Virus record (IMG/VR): IMGVR_UViG_3300001528_000017
Span: 64,001-106,247 of that record
Strand: one strand, 5' to 3'
DNA length: 42,247 nt
Source of the DNA: a virus
Lineage: Duplodnaviria; Heunggongvirae; Uroviricota; Caudoviricetes
Shown here: piece by piece, positions 29,801-39,022 of the stretch
Layout: the number at the start of each line of letters is the position of its first letter
Numbering within the stretch: the first letter of the stretch is position 1
The notes under the pieces: generated by a model
What the model saw: only the letters and a program-made list of their open reading frames with translations
Database searches by the model: none
What the model was told of the DNA's origin: nothing
Translations under genes and position numbers: made by a program

Positions 29801-30776
29801 CTAGAGAACTCATAAGAGTATCTACATTGTCAATAGCTGCCTGAACATCATCTACCTTATACCCTTGGAACTTCTTGACAATCCAATCAATCATCCTCTT
29901 GAATAGAGAAGGTACAGGTGTCTTGGCATTCTCTGCATCGCTTGACAAATTTTTTTGTAATATGTGACCAACAGCCTCCTCAGCCACTAGTTCCATATCA
30001 CCATTGTAGAAATTCACAGTGTCCTCATAGTCGTCCCCTAGTATCTCTTGGATTGAGCCATCATGGTCTAGAAGAGCATTTATAGCCCTTTGAACTAAAG
30101 GCTCATTTCTGAAGGTACCCACAATAAGGTGGGCAAACTCTTCTGTGAGGTGTGTAGCACCTTCCATATTGTTGGCTACCTTTATCATAGAAACAAAGCC
30201 ATTAGCAATGTCTCTAGCTACACTAAAGTCAGTAAGTCCTACTCTACCAGCATTGACTTCAGCCTGACTAAGTGACCCTACAGTAATACCTAAAGGTTGG
30301 AATATACTAGCTAACCTATCATTAAGCTTTTGAGTAGAGTATTGTTCCTTAAACCTCTCAACAGCTTCAGGAGTCTTGGGCTGAACAAGTACACTTATCT
30401 TGCCATCACCTACATACTCTACAGTAGCAACAAAGTCATCCCTTTGAGAATTAGTAGTATTGAACTGATAGGCACTCTCTAACAGATTACCATAGTTCTC
30501 TCTTGTATCCTCAGTAGGACTATAAGCCTTATTAAGACCTTCTGCTATCCGCCTACTACCTATAAACTCTTTCATGAAGCTATTGTTCATCAGAGATTCA
30601 AAAGTAGGGACACCCTCAGCATCTAAACTGAGGGTTCCCTTATAGTCTCTTATGAACTCAGGATTGATTGCTCTAAGAAAGATTCCTCTGGCAGTTTGAT
30701 AGCCAAATTGTTTCTTTAACTCCCTAAACAAGTTTTTACCCTTACTAGGGACATAAGTGCAATAATTCTTTGCCAT
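26808..30776 (-). CDS. Large virion protein encoded downstream of the RNAP, with a degenerate zincin-like motif
   Basis: 1322 aa, mostly helical; TEEFAH at 30129-30146 and LVAEEAVG downstream; 7-nt gap from the RNAP gene. Confidence 0.65.
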   Translation of the reverse strand: MAKNYCTYVPSKGKNLFRELKKQFGYQTARGIFLRAINPEFIRDYKGTLSLDAEGVPTFESLMNNSFMKEFIGSRRIAEGLNKAYSPTEDTRENYGNLLESAYQFNTTNSQRDDFVATVEYVGDGKISVLVQPKTPEAVERFKEQYSTQKLNDRLASIFQPLGITVGSLSQAEVNAGRVGLTDFSVARDIANGFVSMIKVANNMEGATHLTEEFAHLIVGTFRNEPLVQRAINALLDHDGSIQEILGDDYEDTVNFYNGDMELVAEEAVGHILQKNLSSDAENAKTPVPSLFKRMIDWIVKKFQGYKVDDVQAAIDNVDTLMSSLAEDILNGTRQITQKDIKASQREAQFNALSDRIDRNIEILRNAAKTETKRYKITKASRKKGAAETLVNTILQYTAEDADTVEGLFHYAKHALGELRNLEAQFQMADSMTPKQKFGFLRSVRMYTQSYGSFIKALNDAIIEDESEDDNMFLQEFELNGELVNIQEVLKGLNNLSNQLAGRYTRMAMPAFAEFLKPFMGEEIVVPFGKYAGTKMSVESLLSEAQSDISLMDRWLDSMADSADMLLQLFDAAVKKAKDTARLQTLDDIREIQKFREKAEGMGITDFDWMFERDDEGHKSGNYISEVNFAQFEKDLREFEAGLEEKYGRNPTGEEAVLKMVERNDWLKTHAISMFGTPQPNPAMYRNRAYDRLTDNQKTILSEFLALKDKFDAKLPKTRVARNKAIQMRKAGSQRLWESMTSPTTIFQNIKESITSSIFEKEDDDQIFGNARAEKGLTDFAGNEFMTLPVLFTNRLQNPDELTDDVVGSLMSYAYMANQYEQMDNIIDPLEVGRALVTEERKVRKTRGGNPLIEKFNALDVDVANKIFTSRSNIEDKLNDFFESQVYGKYLKDEVTFDVLGKKVSVNKLASVILKGSSLAQLGFNWLANLANVATGLGMQNIEAAAGQFFGPKELAKADAAYAKALGPMMAELGNRTKTNKLSLFFELFDVKQNFGSKIKNQKKNWLQRLFGAEIAFLGQDAGDHWLYGRTAIAMAMRQKVLLDGKEMSLWDALQVEGVNGSSTIKQLNYKDITDLEGNPFDVAKFSRKVAHINQTCFGIYNDDDANAANRVAMGRLLQQYRKWMKIQYNRRFQAAQGNLATDSWEEGYYRTVGRMLNQWIRGGVQLSEQWDNMTTEERANIKRAITEMVQFFAVWALANWIEWPDDKKRPWALKLAEYSSKRLAHELGGLAPSTIMPQELLKTVKSPIPATTVVQNSFNLINSAIDPTDWVDEIQSGPYKGMSTLEKNILKAPIPGVAQYRQIDKFIGDLDNSIGYYARPY

Positions 30777-30783
30777 ATTCTAG

Positions 30784-33700
30784 TTATTTACACATTGGTT
30801 CATTAAGTTCTGCTTCACCAAGAGCCTCTCCATAAGCCTCTTCTAGACCAGCAAGTGCATCATCCATTCCTTCAAATCCACCAAAGGCATCTTCTAGAGC
30901 CTTGAATAGTTCATTCTCAGAAACAGACCTGCTGTTGCCACTAGGATTAAGCTGTTCATTAGCCTTTACTCTTGCCTCATCAGTTTCAATACCTGCCATT
31001 TCCTGTGTAGTCATGTTGGCATTGTACTTGACACCTCTCTTACCCTTTTGAGTAGAGGTAATAGACACTGTAGGAGCATACACAGCCCTATCAGAGCCAT
31101 CAAGAGTTAAAGCATAAAGCTGACCATTATACCCTATCAGAGGATAACTCTTTGTTTGGTTCAGTCCAAGAAGATTCCTATTAAGAACTTGCTTGGAGTT
31201 GACACCTATTTGACCATCACTTGTCTCAACTACATCTGCTGTACTCTCATCTAGCTGGGGAACTAACTCCTGCCAGTGATTAGCATAGAATTGAGGAAGG
31301 AAGTTATCAAAGTAGGTTCCACTCTGCATACCAAATCTCAGCTCTCTTAATGCTCCTACAAACTCAGGGAATGAGGAGATAAAGTTACTACTGAAGAAAG
31401 TACCAAAGCTATTAGGACCAAACTTGAATCCATCCTTATAATATGAGTACATGAACAAGTCAACAGCAAGTTTTTGGGCAGCAGGGTTATCCATGTAGAG
31501 AAGCATATCAAAGTCTCTCATCAGGGTTTCCCTCATCATAGGAGTAAGCCTACCAGACCTACCCATTACAATGTTACCATCCTTAACTTGCATCTTTCTG
31601 AAGATACTCATGTTAGCTATGTCAGGATTAGCAGCAAGAACTCCTAAGTACTCCTTTGGGAAGTCATACAGATAATAGTCTCTCTTTTCATCAAAGGTAG
31701 CATTGTCATCATCACCCAACATCTTTGTTCTAGACAGGGCAAATTCAACAAGCTCACTATAGAAGCTATTGAGAGTATCATCTGAGATAATTCCTATTGG
31801 GGAGTTGTCATAGAGTTGTTCTACTAAAGCATCTGAGTAAGCAGTAGTCTGACTAAAGTATTGACCCATTACCTGACTACCCAACTCAATACCCAATGAG
31901 TAGAAAGTTTGTAGCATAGGCATCTTACTCTTGAGGAATTTCTCTCTCATCTGTTCCCTAGACATGTTAGCAGTAACATACTTGTTCTGCATAATGTCAC
32001 CAAGTCCAGTAAGAGTAAACCTCTTGGTCTTAGCCCTTCTTGCATAAAGGTCAACCTTCCTAGTTTGGTTCTTAGCACCTGCAATAGAAGTACTGATAGC
32101 ACCATTAGGAGAGTCAGCCCTTGCAATCTGAGTAAGGTCACTTAGGTCTTGAGCTATCTGAGAGATATGTACCATAAGAAGACCAGCCTGAATCTGAGAA
32201 GCTAAGTGGTCATTCAGCTCTTCCTGAGTCATTTCTGAAGTCCTGACCTCATTTATAGCATTCAAGATAAGTTCCTCACTAGTGAAGTCATGCAGCTGAA
32301 TCTTATCATCTACACCACCACCATTTTCTTTGAGCATCCTTATCATAGACCTTACATAACTACCAAGCTTTTTCAAGCCACCAGTTTCAGTGATACACCT
32401 TCTTACAAGAGGCTGTGAGAACAATAGTCCAATTTCCTCTACACTCATACCAGCTCTCAGCATAAATCCTGCTATGTTTGCAGTCTGTGTATTCTGCATA
32501 AGGTCTGCAAGTACAGGGTCCTTAACATTATCCACAGAAGCAGCTGAGAAGTTAGCACAGTTCTTTGATATTCTATCACCATTAGGAGACATTATATCAT
32601 GTAGGGATTGAACAGTCCTACCATTGATTGTAAACACATAGTCATCTTTGATAGCCAAGCCAGTTACTTGGAACTTAGCCTGCATGGTAGTATTGTTAGC
32701 ATACATACCAATCAGCATACTTCCAGTCATATTCTGCCTGTGGTTATAGATGAATGTATCAACAGTCAACTGACTCCTCTCAACCTTGTACTCCTTAATG
32801 AACTTGTCAAGCTCATCAAGCCTTCCTTCCTTAGATATTTCAAGGAGAAGTTGGGCTACCTCTTCAGGGTTATACTCATACTCATTCTCCCCTATTTGGT
32901 GCATAAGACCATGTTCACCCGCAAAGTTATCAATCAAAGCAGGGTCACTTATGATTGTAGCTATTCTTGCAGCAATTTTAGCCTTGTCAAAGCTACCTGG
33001 GTTATGAATCTTTTCAGCAGTATCAGGGTTAGTTAATATACCCCATGCTACATCAATTATCATATTGTTCCTTGCAGCTCTGCTCTGCTCCTGAGGAGAC
33101 TTACTCTCGTCATATTCTACCTTAGTGATTTCAGTGCCTTGGAAGAACCTCTGCTTATTGGTCTTAAACCACTTTGCAAAGGCATCCTGTACACCTTCAA
33201 CCCACTCATAGTTCTTTAGCTTGCTTTCTCTAACAAACCAATCCTTAAACTCTTCATCCTCCACATCAATCTCTTCTGCTTCCTTTGGATTCTTCTTCAG
33301 TAACTCATTGTAAGAGTTTACAAAAGCAGCCCATTGTGCAGCTTCAATCTGTGAAGTAATCTCAGGGTGTTCCTGATAGAAGGCATCCCAAGCAGCTTTA
33401 ATAGCATACTTGTCTCTTCTTCTAAACTCAGGAATCATCAAGAACATCTTATCTACGTCAAAGTCTGAACCAGCAATCTGAGTAATATCAGCAGGCAACA
33501 TAATAGATGAGCCATTCTGTTGTGGTAAGAAGCCTTTAATAATCAGAGGAGCCATTGAATACTTATCCTCAGTTGGGATTCTGTAACCAATGATTCTTCT
33601 TAATTCCATAGGCATCTTAGTAACATCAAGCTCTTGGTACTCATTACCTGCATCATCCACCTTAGTAACAGCAAATGGCTCATAGAACTGCTTGCTGTAA

Positions 33701-36700
33701 GCAGGAAGATAACACTCAATGCCTTGAATACTGCCATCCTCACCATGAAGTATGTTAAGCTCCTTTGTGAGTCCAAAGTCAGACACAAGGATACATGAAG
33801 CACCCTTTATTGACTGCTTTGTGATAGCATTCTTGAACATTGAAGTAATAAGCTCCTGTATCTTGGTAGTAGTAGATGGATTGTCAAGTGGTATATTGAA
33901 TACCTCTTGCTTCTCTCCAGTGTTGGGATTTACTATCTCAACTATCTGTAGAGCGTCCAACATATCCCTGCCATACTTAGGATTACCTTTGACTGCATCC
34001 AACATAGCCTTCTGTAAACTCCTGATGTCAGCAAACTTCCCCTTAACTTTCTCCCAGTCCTCAAGCAGGTTCTCTACTATGTTAGATTGGTACAAATCTA
34101 GTACTTGTTGCTTAGTCAGGCTTCTACCATTGACCTTAACCCTAAAGTCTGGGTCATCAGGCATGTCAGATATGATAAGGTTTCTGAACTGAGAACCAAA
34201 TACTGCCACATGGTCAAATAAGTGCTCAGGAGTAGGTTGCTGTATTACATAATCACTGTAAGGTATCTCATGTACAACCTCTGGCTTGAACTCACCATTC
34301 TGCATACTCATGCTTTCTAGTAAGTCATAGACCTCTTGTTCAGTTGGCTCTATAGCCTCAAACCTATCATTATACTCTTCCTGACTAATCATATCATGGT
34401 CAAGAAGATAGTCATTACCAGCCTTGAAAACAGAATAGTCAGAGCCTGAGGTCTTTGCAGCCTTCTCTATCTCTTTCCATTCCTTCTCATGGTTCATCTT
34501 CCATACTTGGAGCTTTGGCTCAGAGTAGCTAATGTCAATTGTGCCTTGCTTACCCACCTTCACAGCAGACTCAAACTGAATAACATCAATTTCCTTGTCT
34601 TCCATGAATCTATTGAGAGCCTTGAGCTTTGGAGACCTATTCATAGAACCAGCTACCATCTGATACATAGAAAGTAGAAGGAACTCTGAGTTCTTGTTTT
34701 GGTGTGGTACTTTAATACTTCCACCAAGACCATCAGGCTTTTCAATCTGAGTAAAGACAAATGGTTTAATAGTCTGCCATACTATGTTGAAGTCAGCCAT
34801 ATCCCATTCACCATTATCAAATCTATCCATTGCTTGCTGCATTTCAGGAGTCCAAGCTCCCATCATGTCAAGCACAGCTCTCATAGAGCTTAGGCTTCTG
34901 TAAGCTTGAGCATCAGCTACATTGATGTCCTTGAATTTGTTTAGGATATTGTCTCTATCAAAGGGTTGTATGTGTCCTAGTTGGACAGCCCTATTAAGAG
35001 ACCTCCTAATATCTTGATAGGCAGCAGATGTGATAATCTGGTCTGCCAAATATATTGTCCTTTCTAATGTTCTACCATATTGAGAATTTGTATTTAGTTT
35101 CGTTCCAGCGGCATATACTTCCTTATATCTCTTCTGAAAGTCAGTACCATCCTTGTAGTAAGCAAGGTCAGTAGTAGTCAATTGAATGATTTGGGAAGTT
35201 GCATAAGCTTGATTCCAGAAGTATTCTTCTAGGGCATTCTCAAATTGAGTCTCAGAAGTAATTGCACCATCAGTAAGAAGTGATTCCCTAAGTGCCTTAT
35301 AGCTACTCTCACTAAAGTTAGAGTTAAGGAAATTAGCAAAGTTCTGATTCATAATCTCAGTAACTGCATCATTGATAAGCTTGTTAAGCCCATCCAAGTC
35401 CTTTGCCTCTGTGAGAGCCATAGCTTCCTCAAGGAAATGACCATCGTGATAGCTATTCAGTTCAGGGAAGAAGTGGAACTTATCACCATTCTTATCAAAG
35501 TTGGCAATAGGGGTGACACCAGCCTTCTTTCTATCCTGCACAAGTCTGATTCTACTGAGTTCCTGCTTTACTACCTTATTAAATAAAGGAGTAAGTTGAC
35601 CCTTGAAGTCACCAGTGTATCTCAGGAATTTGATGAACTTAGTTACAGGAGAGTCTGAGAAGATAGGCATATTGTACCAAGCAAACTGCTTCTTAGAACC
35701 CTTGTTGTAGCCTACAGAGAAATACTCCCTTACAAAGGCTGCTTTAATCTGAAGAGGCTCCCAATTAGTGTACTCAATTCCGTCAATGTTGTTGAGTTCC
35801 TTGAGCATCATTTGGTCTCTTACATCCTCATCAGACTCAATAAGTCTAAGCCATTCACTTCTCCATTGACCATTCTTCTTGAACCAGCTATACTTTCCAA
35901 ATTGCTCCTGAAGATAAGCATCCCTTCTCTCATCACTCTTGAATATCTTGAACATAGTGTCAAGATAGTTAGGAGCAGAGTAGCTGTAGTATGTCTTATC
36001 TCCATTCCTGAAGGATTGGATATTGTCAAGCTCTGAAACCAGACCTACCTCTTGAGCTATAGTATTGTAATCATCTGAGAAAGCTTCAATCAAGTGGGCA
36101 TTTTCAGGCATTCCCTCAATACCCTCGAAGATATTCTTCATTGCATTTACTACCTTCTCTAGGTTTACTACACCATTCTCACTCTTGAGTAGATTACTGA
36201 TTACATGGGCATTAGCATTAAGACCAACCATCTTCAGGCCCTTAGCAACCTTTTCAGTAAGCTCTTCATAGTCATCCTCATCAAACTCTCTAAGTAGAGA
36301 AAGTATCTCATTGGCTAGGTTTACACCTAACTCTGCATTGGCAGTGCTAAGTTTTCTACCACCCTCATAAATACTATTCTCATCAAGGATAGTTCCTTGC
36401 TCATAGTTGTTGATTATGGATGTCTTTGTGCTATCAAGAGCTACAGCTTGGTTCATAGCATGGGTCTTCCACTTACCATCCTTCTCATCGAAGTATTGCA
36501 TCCAGTAAGGAATAAAGTCCTTCCTGAAGTCTGCATAGAAAGAGCTGATGAGACTAGGCTCTGCCTTGAGTGCATTGATAACCTGATTAGCCCAAGGATA
36601 TTTCTCTGCTACCTTTTCAAGTGCAGGGAAACTGAATGTACCATCATCATTCTTGACACTAAAGTCATTGGGGTCAATCATTCCAGAAAGCTCATTGATG

Positions 36701-38985
36701 AGGGCTGCATGAGCAAACTCCTCATTCACATATCTGATGTTACCAAGGTCATCAACCTCAGGCTCACCATTGATACCTTCTTTCTTGATACCTGACAGTA
36801 TTCTCTTAACTCCTCTAGACAAGGAAGTTCTTGGGTCAACAAATCTTACTTTGAAAGACCAACCTCCATTACCATCAGCCCTATTTCCATCCTCATCATC
36901 ATTGAACTCAGACTCATTTGTGTCTTCATCCTGTGAGGAATCAGTAATAGTACCTCCAGTAACAGTTTCTGTGGTAGCTCCAGCATTATAAGCATGTTTA
37001 TCAGTAACCACTCTCACATTCTCAGTTCCTTCAATTATGATACAAGCCTCATCAAGAAGTGCATCCCAATTGTCAAGAACCTTTTGGTATGCTTGAAGCA
37101 TATACTCACCTTGACCTTCACCATAGTCTTCATCAAGTTCCTCAGGAGTCATTTCCATATAGGATTCTATCTCCTCCCTCATTTCCTTGAAGATTTGCTG
37201 TATAGTCTTATCCTGCATGACAGCCCTTCTACCCTTAACACTATCATTAAGGAGTAGTGCTCTCTCATACAATCTAGCAAGCTCTGCTCTATCAGGTTCA
37301 TCTTTACTCATTTCAGCTGTAATAGCCTCAGCATTCTCCTGAACCCTCTCCTCTACAGCCCTATCAACAATGTTACTGAAGTTCCTAGCAAGCATTACCA
37401 CTCTATCATGCCTTTCAATAGCAGTAAAGTCTCTAGCAAGTTTTGCTACAGGATTGTTAGGGTCAACCCTAAGTACCTCTGAACCTATTTCAGGAACCTT
37501 ATATACATTCTCAGTATCTTCCTGAGTAACTACTTGTGGTGCAGGAGTGGCAGCAGCCTCTTCTACACTAAAGCTCTTAGCAACCCTCTGCTGTGGTGCA
37601 GGCTGTACTGGTGAAGTAGTTGCCCAATTCTCTTGAATAGGTCTGACTCCTTCAAGTGGAGACTGTATCTTTAGAGGAATAAGAGATTCCTGCACATTAG
37701 ACTTGAGTGCAGGTGTAAGCCACTTATAGTAGTCTTGTAGAGGCTGATTCTGAACCTCACTGTCAGACACTGTAACAACACCTCCTTCTCCAGTAACAAA
37801 AGTAGCTTCCTTACCTTGTCTAGGATATGATTGGTCAAACCAAATTAACCTAAGGTCTTGTATTCTACCCTTGAACTCAGGGAAGATAGTCTCAAGTATC
37901 TGTCTGTAAGAGTTAAGCTGGAATGTATAGTTCCTTCTGTCATTAACCTCTACACCATTGTACTTCTGGTCAATGGGGTGATTCTTGGCCTTCATATCAA
38001 AGATGTGAAGGTTTCCATCACCATCAAGGATAAGCATGTCCATTGTACCTGCAATAGTCTTGTCACCATCCTTGGTTGCAATCCTTGCAGCAATAGGGAA
38101 CTCAGCTGTGATTACTTGGTAATTACCATTGAACTCCTTATCTAAGTGAGCCTTTAGTCTCTCAAGGTCAGCTAGGATAGCCTTCTTTCTGTGTTCAGAA
38201 AGATTAGGATAGTCCTTCTGAGTTGGGTCTTCATCCCTGAGGAAGAAGTCTCTAGTAAGAGCGTCAACACTTCTACCAATAGCCTGAGTGAAAGAGTAGT
38301 CCCCTTGGATATTAGGAGCACCATACACACTTTCACCATACTGGGTAACACTATAGTCTATAGGATTACCATCTATAGCATAAGTATGACTAGCTTCATC
38401 AAAAGTGATATGCTCTCTCTGCCACCTATACCAATCTCTTACTCTGTTAAGAGCTTGCTCAAAAGACAGTTTAGGTGCTGTACTTCTTTGAACAGGGTGT
38501 CTCTTTCTCCACTCCTTTGCTTTCTTGATAGCTTCACCCTCTGCAACAGGTCTATTCTCAACCTTCTTGTCAAGACCATATTGCATGAATGCCATTTCTC
38601 TCCAAAGGATAAACCTATAAGCTTCCTCTGGAGTAACTGCAAGCTCCCTAAGTTCAGGCAGATGCTTGTACATCTTGTAGAAATGTTCCATAGGTTTGTC
38701 CTTGGGTAATCTCATAAGATAGATTTGACCATTGACATGCTCTATAGGAACTACATTAGGATTGTACTCTCTTACCTCGTAATTAGGAACTGCAAGATAA
38801 ATCTCCCAAGCTTGCTCTTTATTTGATTTTAGGATTTCGTTTAATTGGGCAGCTGTAGGATAGCTGGCAGAGTTATTCTGTGTCTGCCAAGCACTTACAA
38901 GGTTACAAGTGTAGGACTCACTCCTTCCAATTTGTCTGGCTAAGTCCTTTATCGCACCTGTAATAATGTTACACATTATCTTCAT
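30784..38985 (-). CDS. Virion-packaged DNA-dependent RNA polymerase (crAss type) with an N-terminal PD-(D/E)xK nuclease domain
   Basis: 2733 aa; catalytic AGSDFDVDKMF (DFDVD at 33451-33465), IGYRIPTEDKYSM, FQKRYKEVYAAGTKL and FSAASVDNVKDP; nuclease motifs GTMDML..IFDMK..YTFQLNSY at about 37900-38050. Confidence 0.92.
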   Translation of the reverse strand: MKIMCNIITGAIKDLARQIGRSESYTCNLVSAWQTQNNSASYPTAAQLNEILKSNKEQAWEIYLAVPNYEVREYNPNVVPIEHVNGQIYLMRLPKDKPMEHFYKMYKHLPELRELAVTPEEAYRFILWREMAFMQYGLDKKVENRPVAEGEAIKKAKEWRKRHPVQRSTAPKLSFEQALNRVRDWYRWQREHITFDEASHTYAIDGNPIDYSVTQYGESVYGAPNIQGDYSFTQAIGRSVDALTRDFFLRDEDPTQKDYPNLSEHRKKAILADLERLKAHLDKEFNGNYQVITAEFPIAARIATKDGDKTIAGTMDMLILDGDGNLHIFDMKAKNHPIDQKYNGVEVNDRRNYTFQLNSYRQILETIFPEFKGRIQDLRLIWFDQSYPRQGKEATFVTGEGGVVTVSDSEVQNQPLQDYYKWLTPALKSNVQESLIPLKIQSPLEGVRPIQENWATTSPVQPAPQQRVAKSFSVEEAAATPAPQVVTQEDTENVYKVPEIGSEVLRVDPNNPVAKLARDFTAIERHDRVVMLARNFSNIVDRAVEERVQENAEAITAEMSKDEPDRAELARLYERALLLNDSVKGRRAVMQDKTIQQIFKEMREEIESYMEMTPEELDEDYGEGQGEYMLQAYQKVLDNWDALLDEACIIIEGTENVRVVTDKHAYNAGATTETVTGGTITDSSQDEDTNESEFNDDEDGNRADGNGGWSFKVRFVDPRTSLSRGVKRILSGIKKEGINGEPEVDDLGNIRYVNEEFAHAALINELSGMIDPNDFSVKNDDGTFSFPALEKVAEKYPWANQVINALKAEPSLISSFYADFRKDFIPYWMQYFDEKDGKWKTHAMNQAVALDSTKTSIINNYEQGTILDENSIYEGGRKLSTANAELGVNLANEILSLLREFDEDDYEELTEKVAKGLKMVGLNANAHVISNLLKSENGVVNLEKVVNAMKNIFEGIEGMPENAHLIEAFSDDYNTIAQEVGLVSELDNIQSFRNGDKTYYSYSAPNYLDTMFKIFKSDERRDAYLQEQFGKYSWFKKNGQWRSEWLRLIESDEDVRDQMMLKELNNIDGIEYTNWEPLQIKAAFVREYFSVGYNKGSKKQFAWYNMPIFSDSPVTKFIKFLRYTGDFKGQLTPLFNKVVKQELSRIRLVQDRKKAGVTPIANFDKNGDKFHFFPELNSYHDGHFLEEAMALTEAKDLDGLNKLINDAVTEIMNQNFANFLNSNFSESSYKALRESLLTDGAITSETQFENALEEYFWNQAYATSQIIQLTTTDLAYYKDGTDFQKRYKEVYAAGTKLNTNSQYGRTLERTIYLADQIITSAAYQDIRRSLNRAVQLGHIQPFDRDNILNKFKDINVADAQAYRSLSSMRAVLDMMGAWTPEMQQAMDRFDNGEWDMADFNIVWQTIKPFVFTQIEKPDGLGGSIKVPHQNKNSEFLLLSMYQMVAGSMNRSPKLKALNRFMEDKEIDVIQFESAVKVGKQGTIDISYSEPKLQVWKMNHEKEWKEIEKAAKTSGSDYSVFKAGNDYLLDHDMISQEEYNDRFEAIEPTEQEVYDLLESMSMQNGEFKPEVVHEIPYSDYVIQQPTPEHLFDHVAVFGSQFRNLIISDMPDDPDFRVKVNGRSLTKQQVLDLYQSNIVENLLEDWEKVKGKFADIRSLQKAMLDAVKGNPKYGRDMLDALQIVEIVNPNTGEKQEVFNIPLDNPSTTTKIQELITSMFKNAITKQSIKGASCILVSDFGLTKELNILHGEDGSIQGIECYLPAYSKQFYEPFAVTKVDDAGNEYQELDVTKMPMELRRIIGYRIPTEDKYSMAPLIIKGFLPQQNGSSIMLPADITQIAGSDFDVDKMFLMIPEFRRRDKYAIKAAWDAFYQEHPEITSQIEAAQWAAFVNSYNELLKKNPKEAEEIDVEDEEFKDWFVRESKLKNYEWVEGVQDAFAKWFKTNKQRFFQGTEITKVEYDESKSPQEQSRAARNNMIIDVAWGILTNPDTAEKIHNPGSFDKAKIAARIATIISDPALIDNFAGEHGLMHQIGENEYEYNPEEVAQLLLEISKEGRLDELDKFIKEYKVERSQLTVDTFIYNHRQNMTGSMLIGMYANNTTMQAKFQVTGLAIKDDYVFTINGRTVQSLHDIMSPNGDRISKNCANFSAASVDNVKDPVLADLMQNTQTANIAGFMLRAGMSVEEIGLLFSQPLVRRCITETGGLKKLGSYVRSMIRMLKENGGGVDDKIQLHDFTSEELILNAINEVRTSEMTQEELNDHLASQIQAGLLMVHISQIAQDLSDLTQIARADSPNGAISTSIAGAKNQTRKVDLYARRAKTKRFTLTGLGDIMQNKYVTANMSREQMREKFLKSKMPMLQTFYSLGIELGSQVMGQYFSQTTAYSDALVEQLYDNSPIGIISDDTLNSFYSELVEFALSRTKMLGDDDNATFDEKRDYYLYDFPKEYLGVLAANPDIANMSIFRKMQVKDGNIVMGRSGRLTPMMRETLMRDFDMLLYMDNPAAQKLAVDLFMYSYYKDGFKFGPNSFGTFFSSNFISSFPEFVGALRELRFGMQSGTYFDNFLPQFYANHWQELVPQLDESTADVVETSDGQIGVNSKQVLNRNLLGLNQTKSYPLIGYNGQLYALTLDGSDRAVYAPTVSITSTQKGKRGVKYNANMTTQEMAGIETDEARVKANEQLNPSGNSRSVSENELFKALEDAFGGFEGMDDALAGLEEAYGEALGEAELNEPMCK

Positions 38986-39022
38986 ACGATATACTTTTTG
39001 TTTTGTTTAAGAGTTTTATGTG

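Noticed and set aside
32390-38709. Several 60-172 aa + strand ORFs inside the RNAP gene
   Set aside because: Antisense shadows expected from codon bias in a long gene; no recognisable motifs.
30784-38985. Intein, intron or homing endonuclease in the RNAP or other giant genes
   Set aside because: No splicing-junction, LAGLIDADG or HNH motifs recognised, and the ORFs are uninterrupted.
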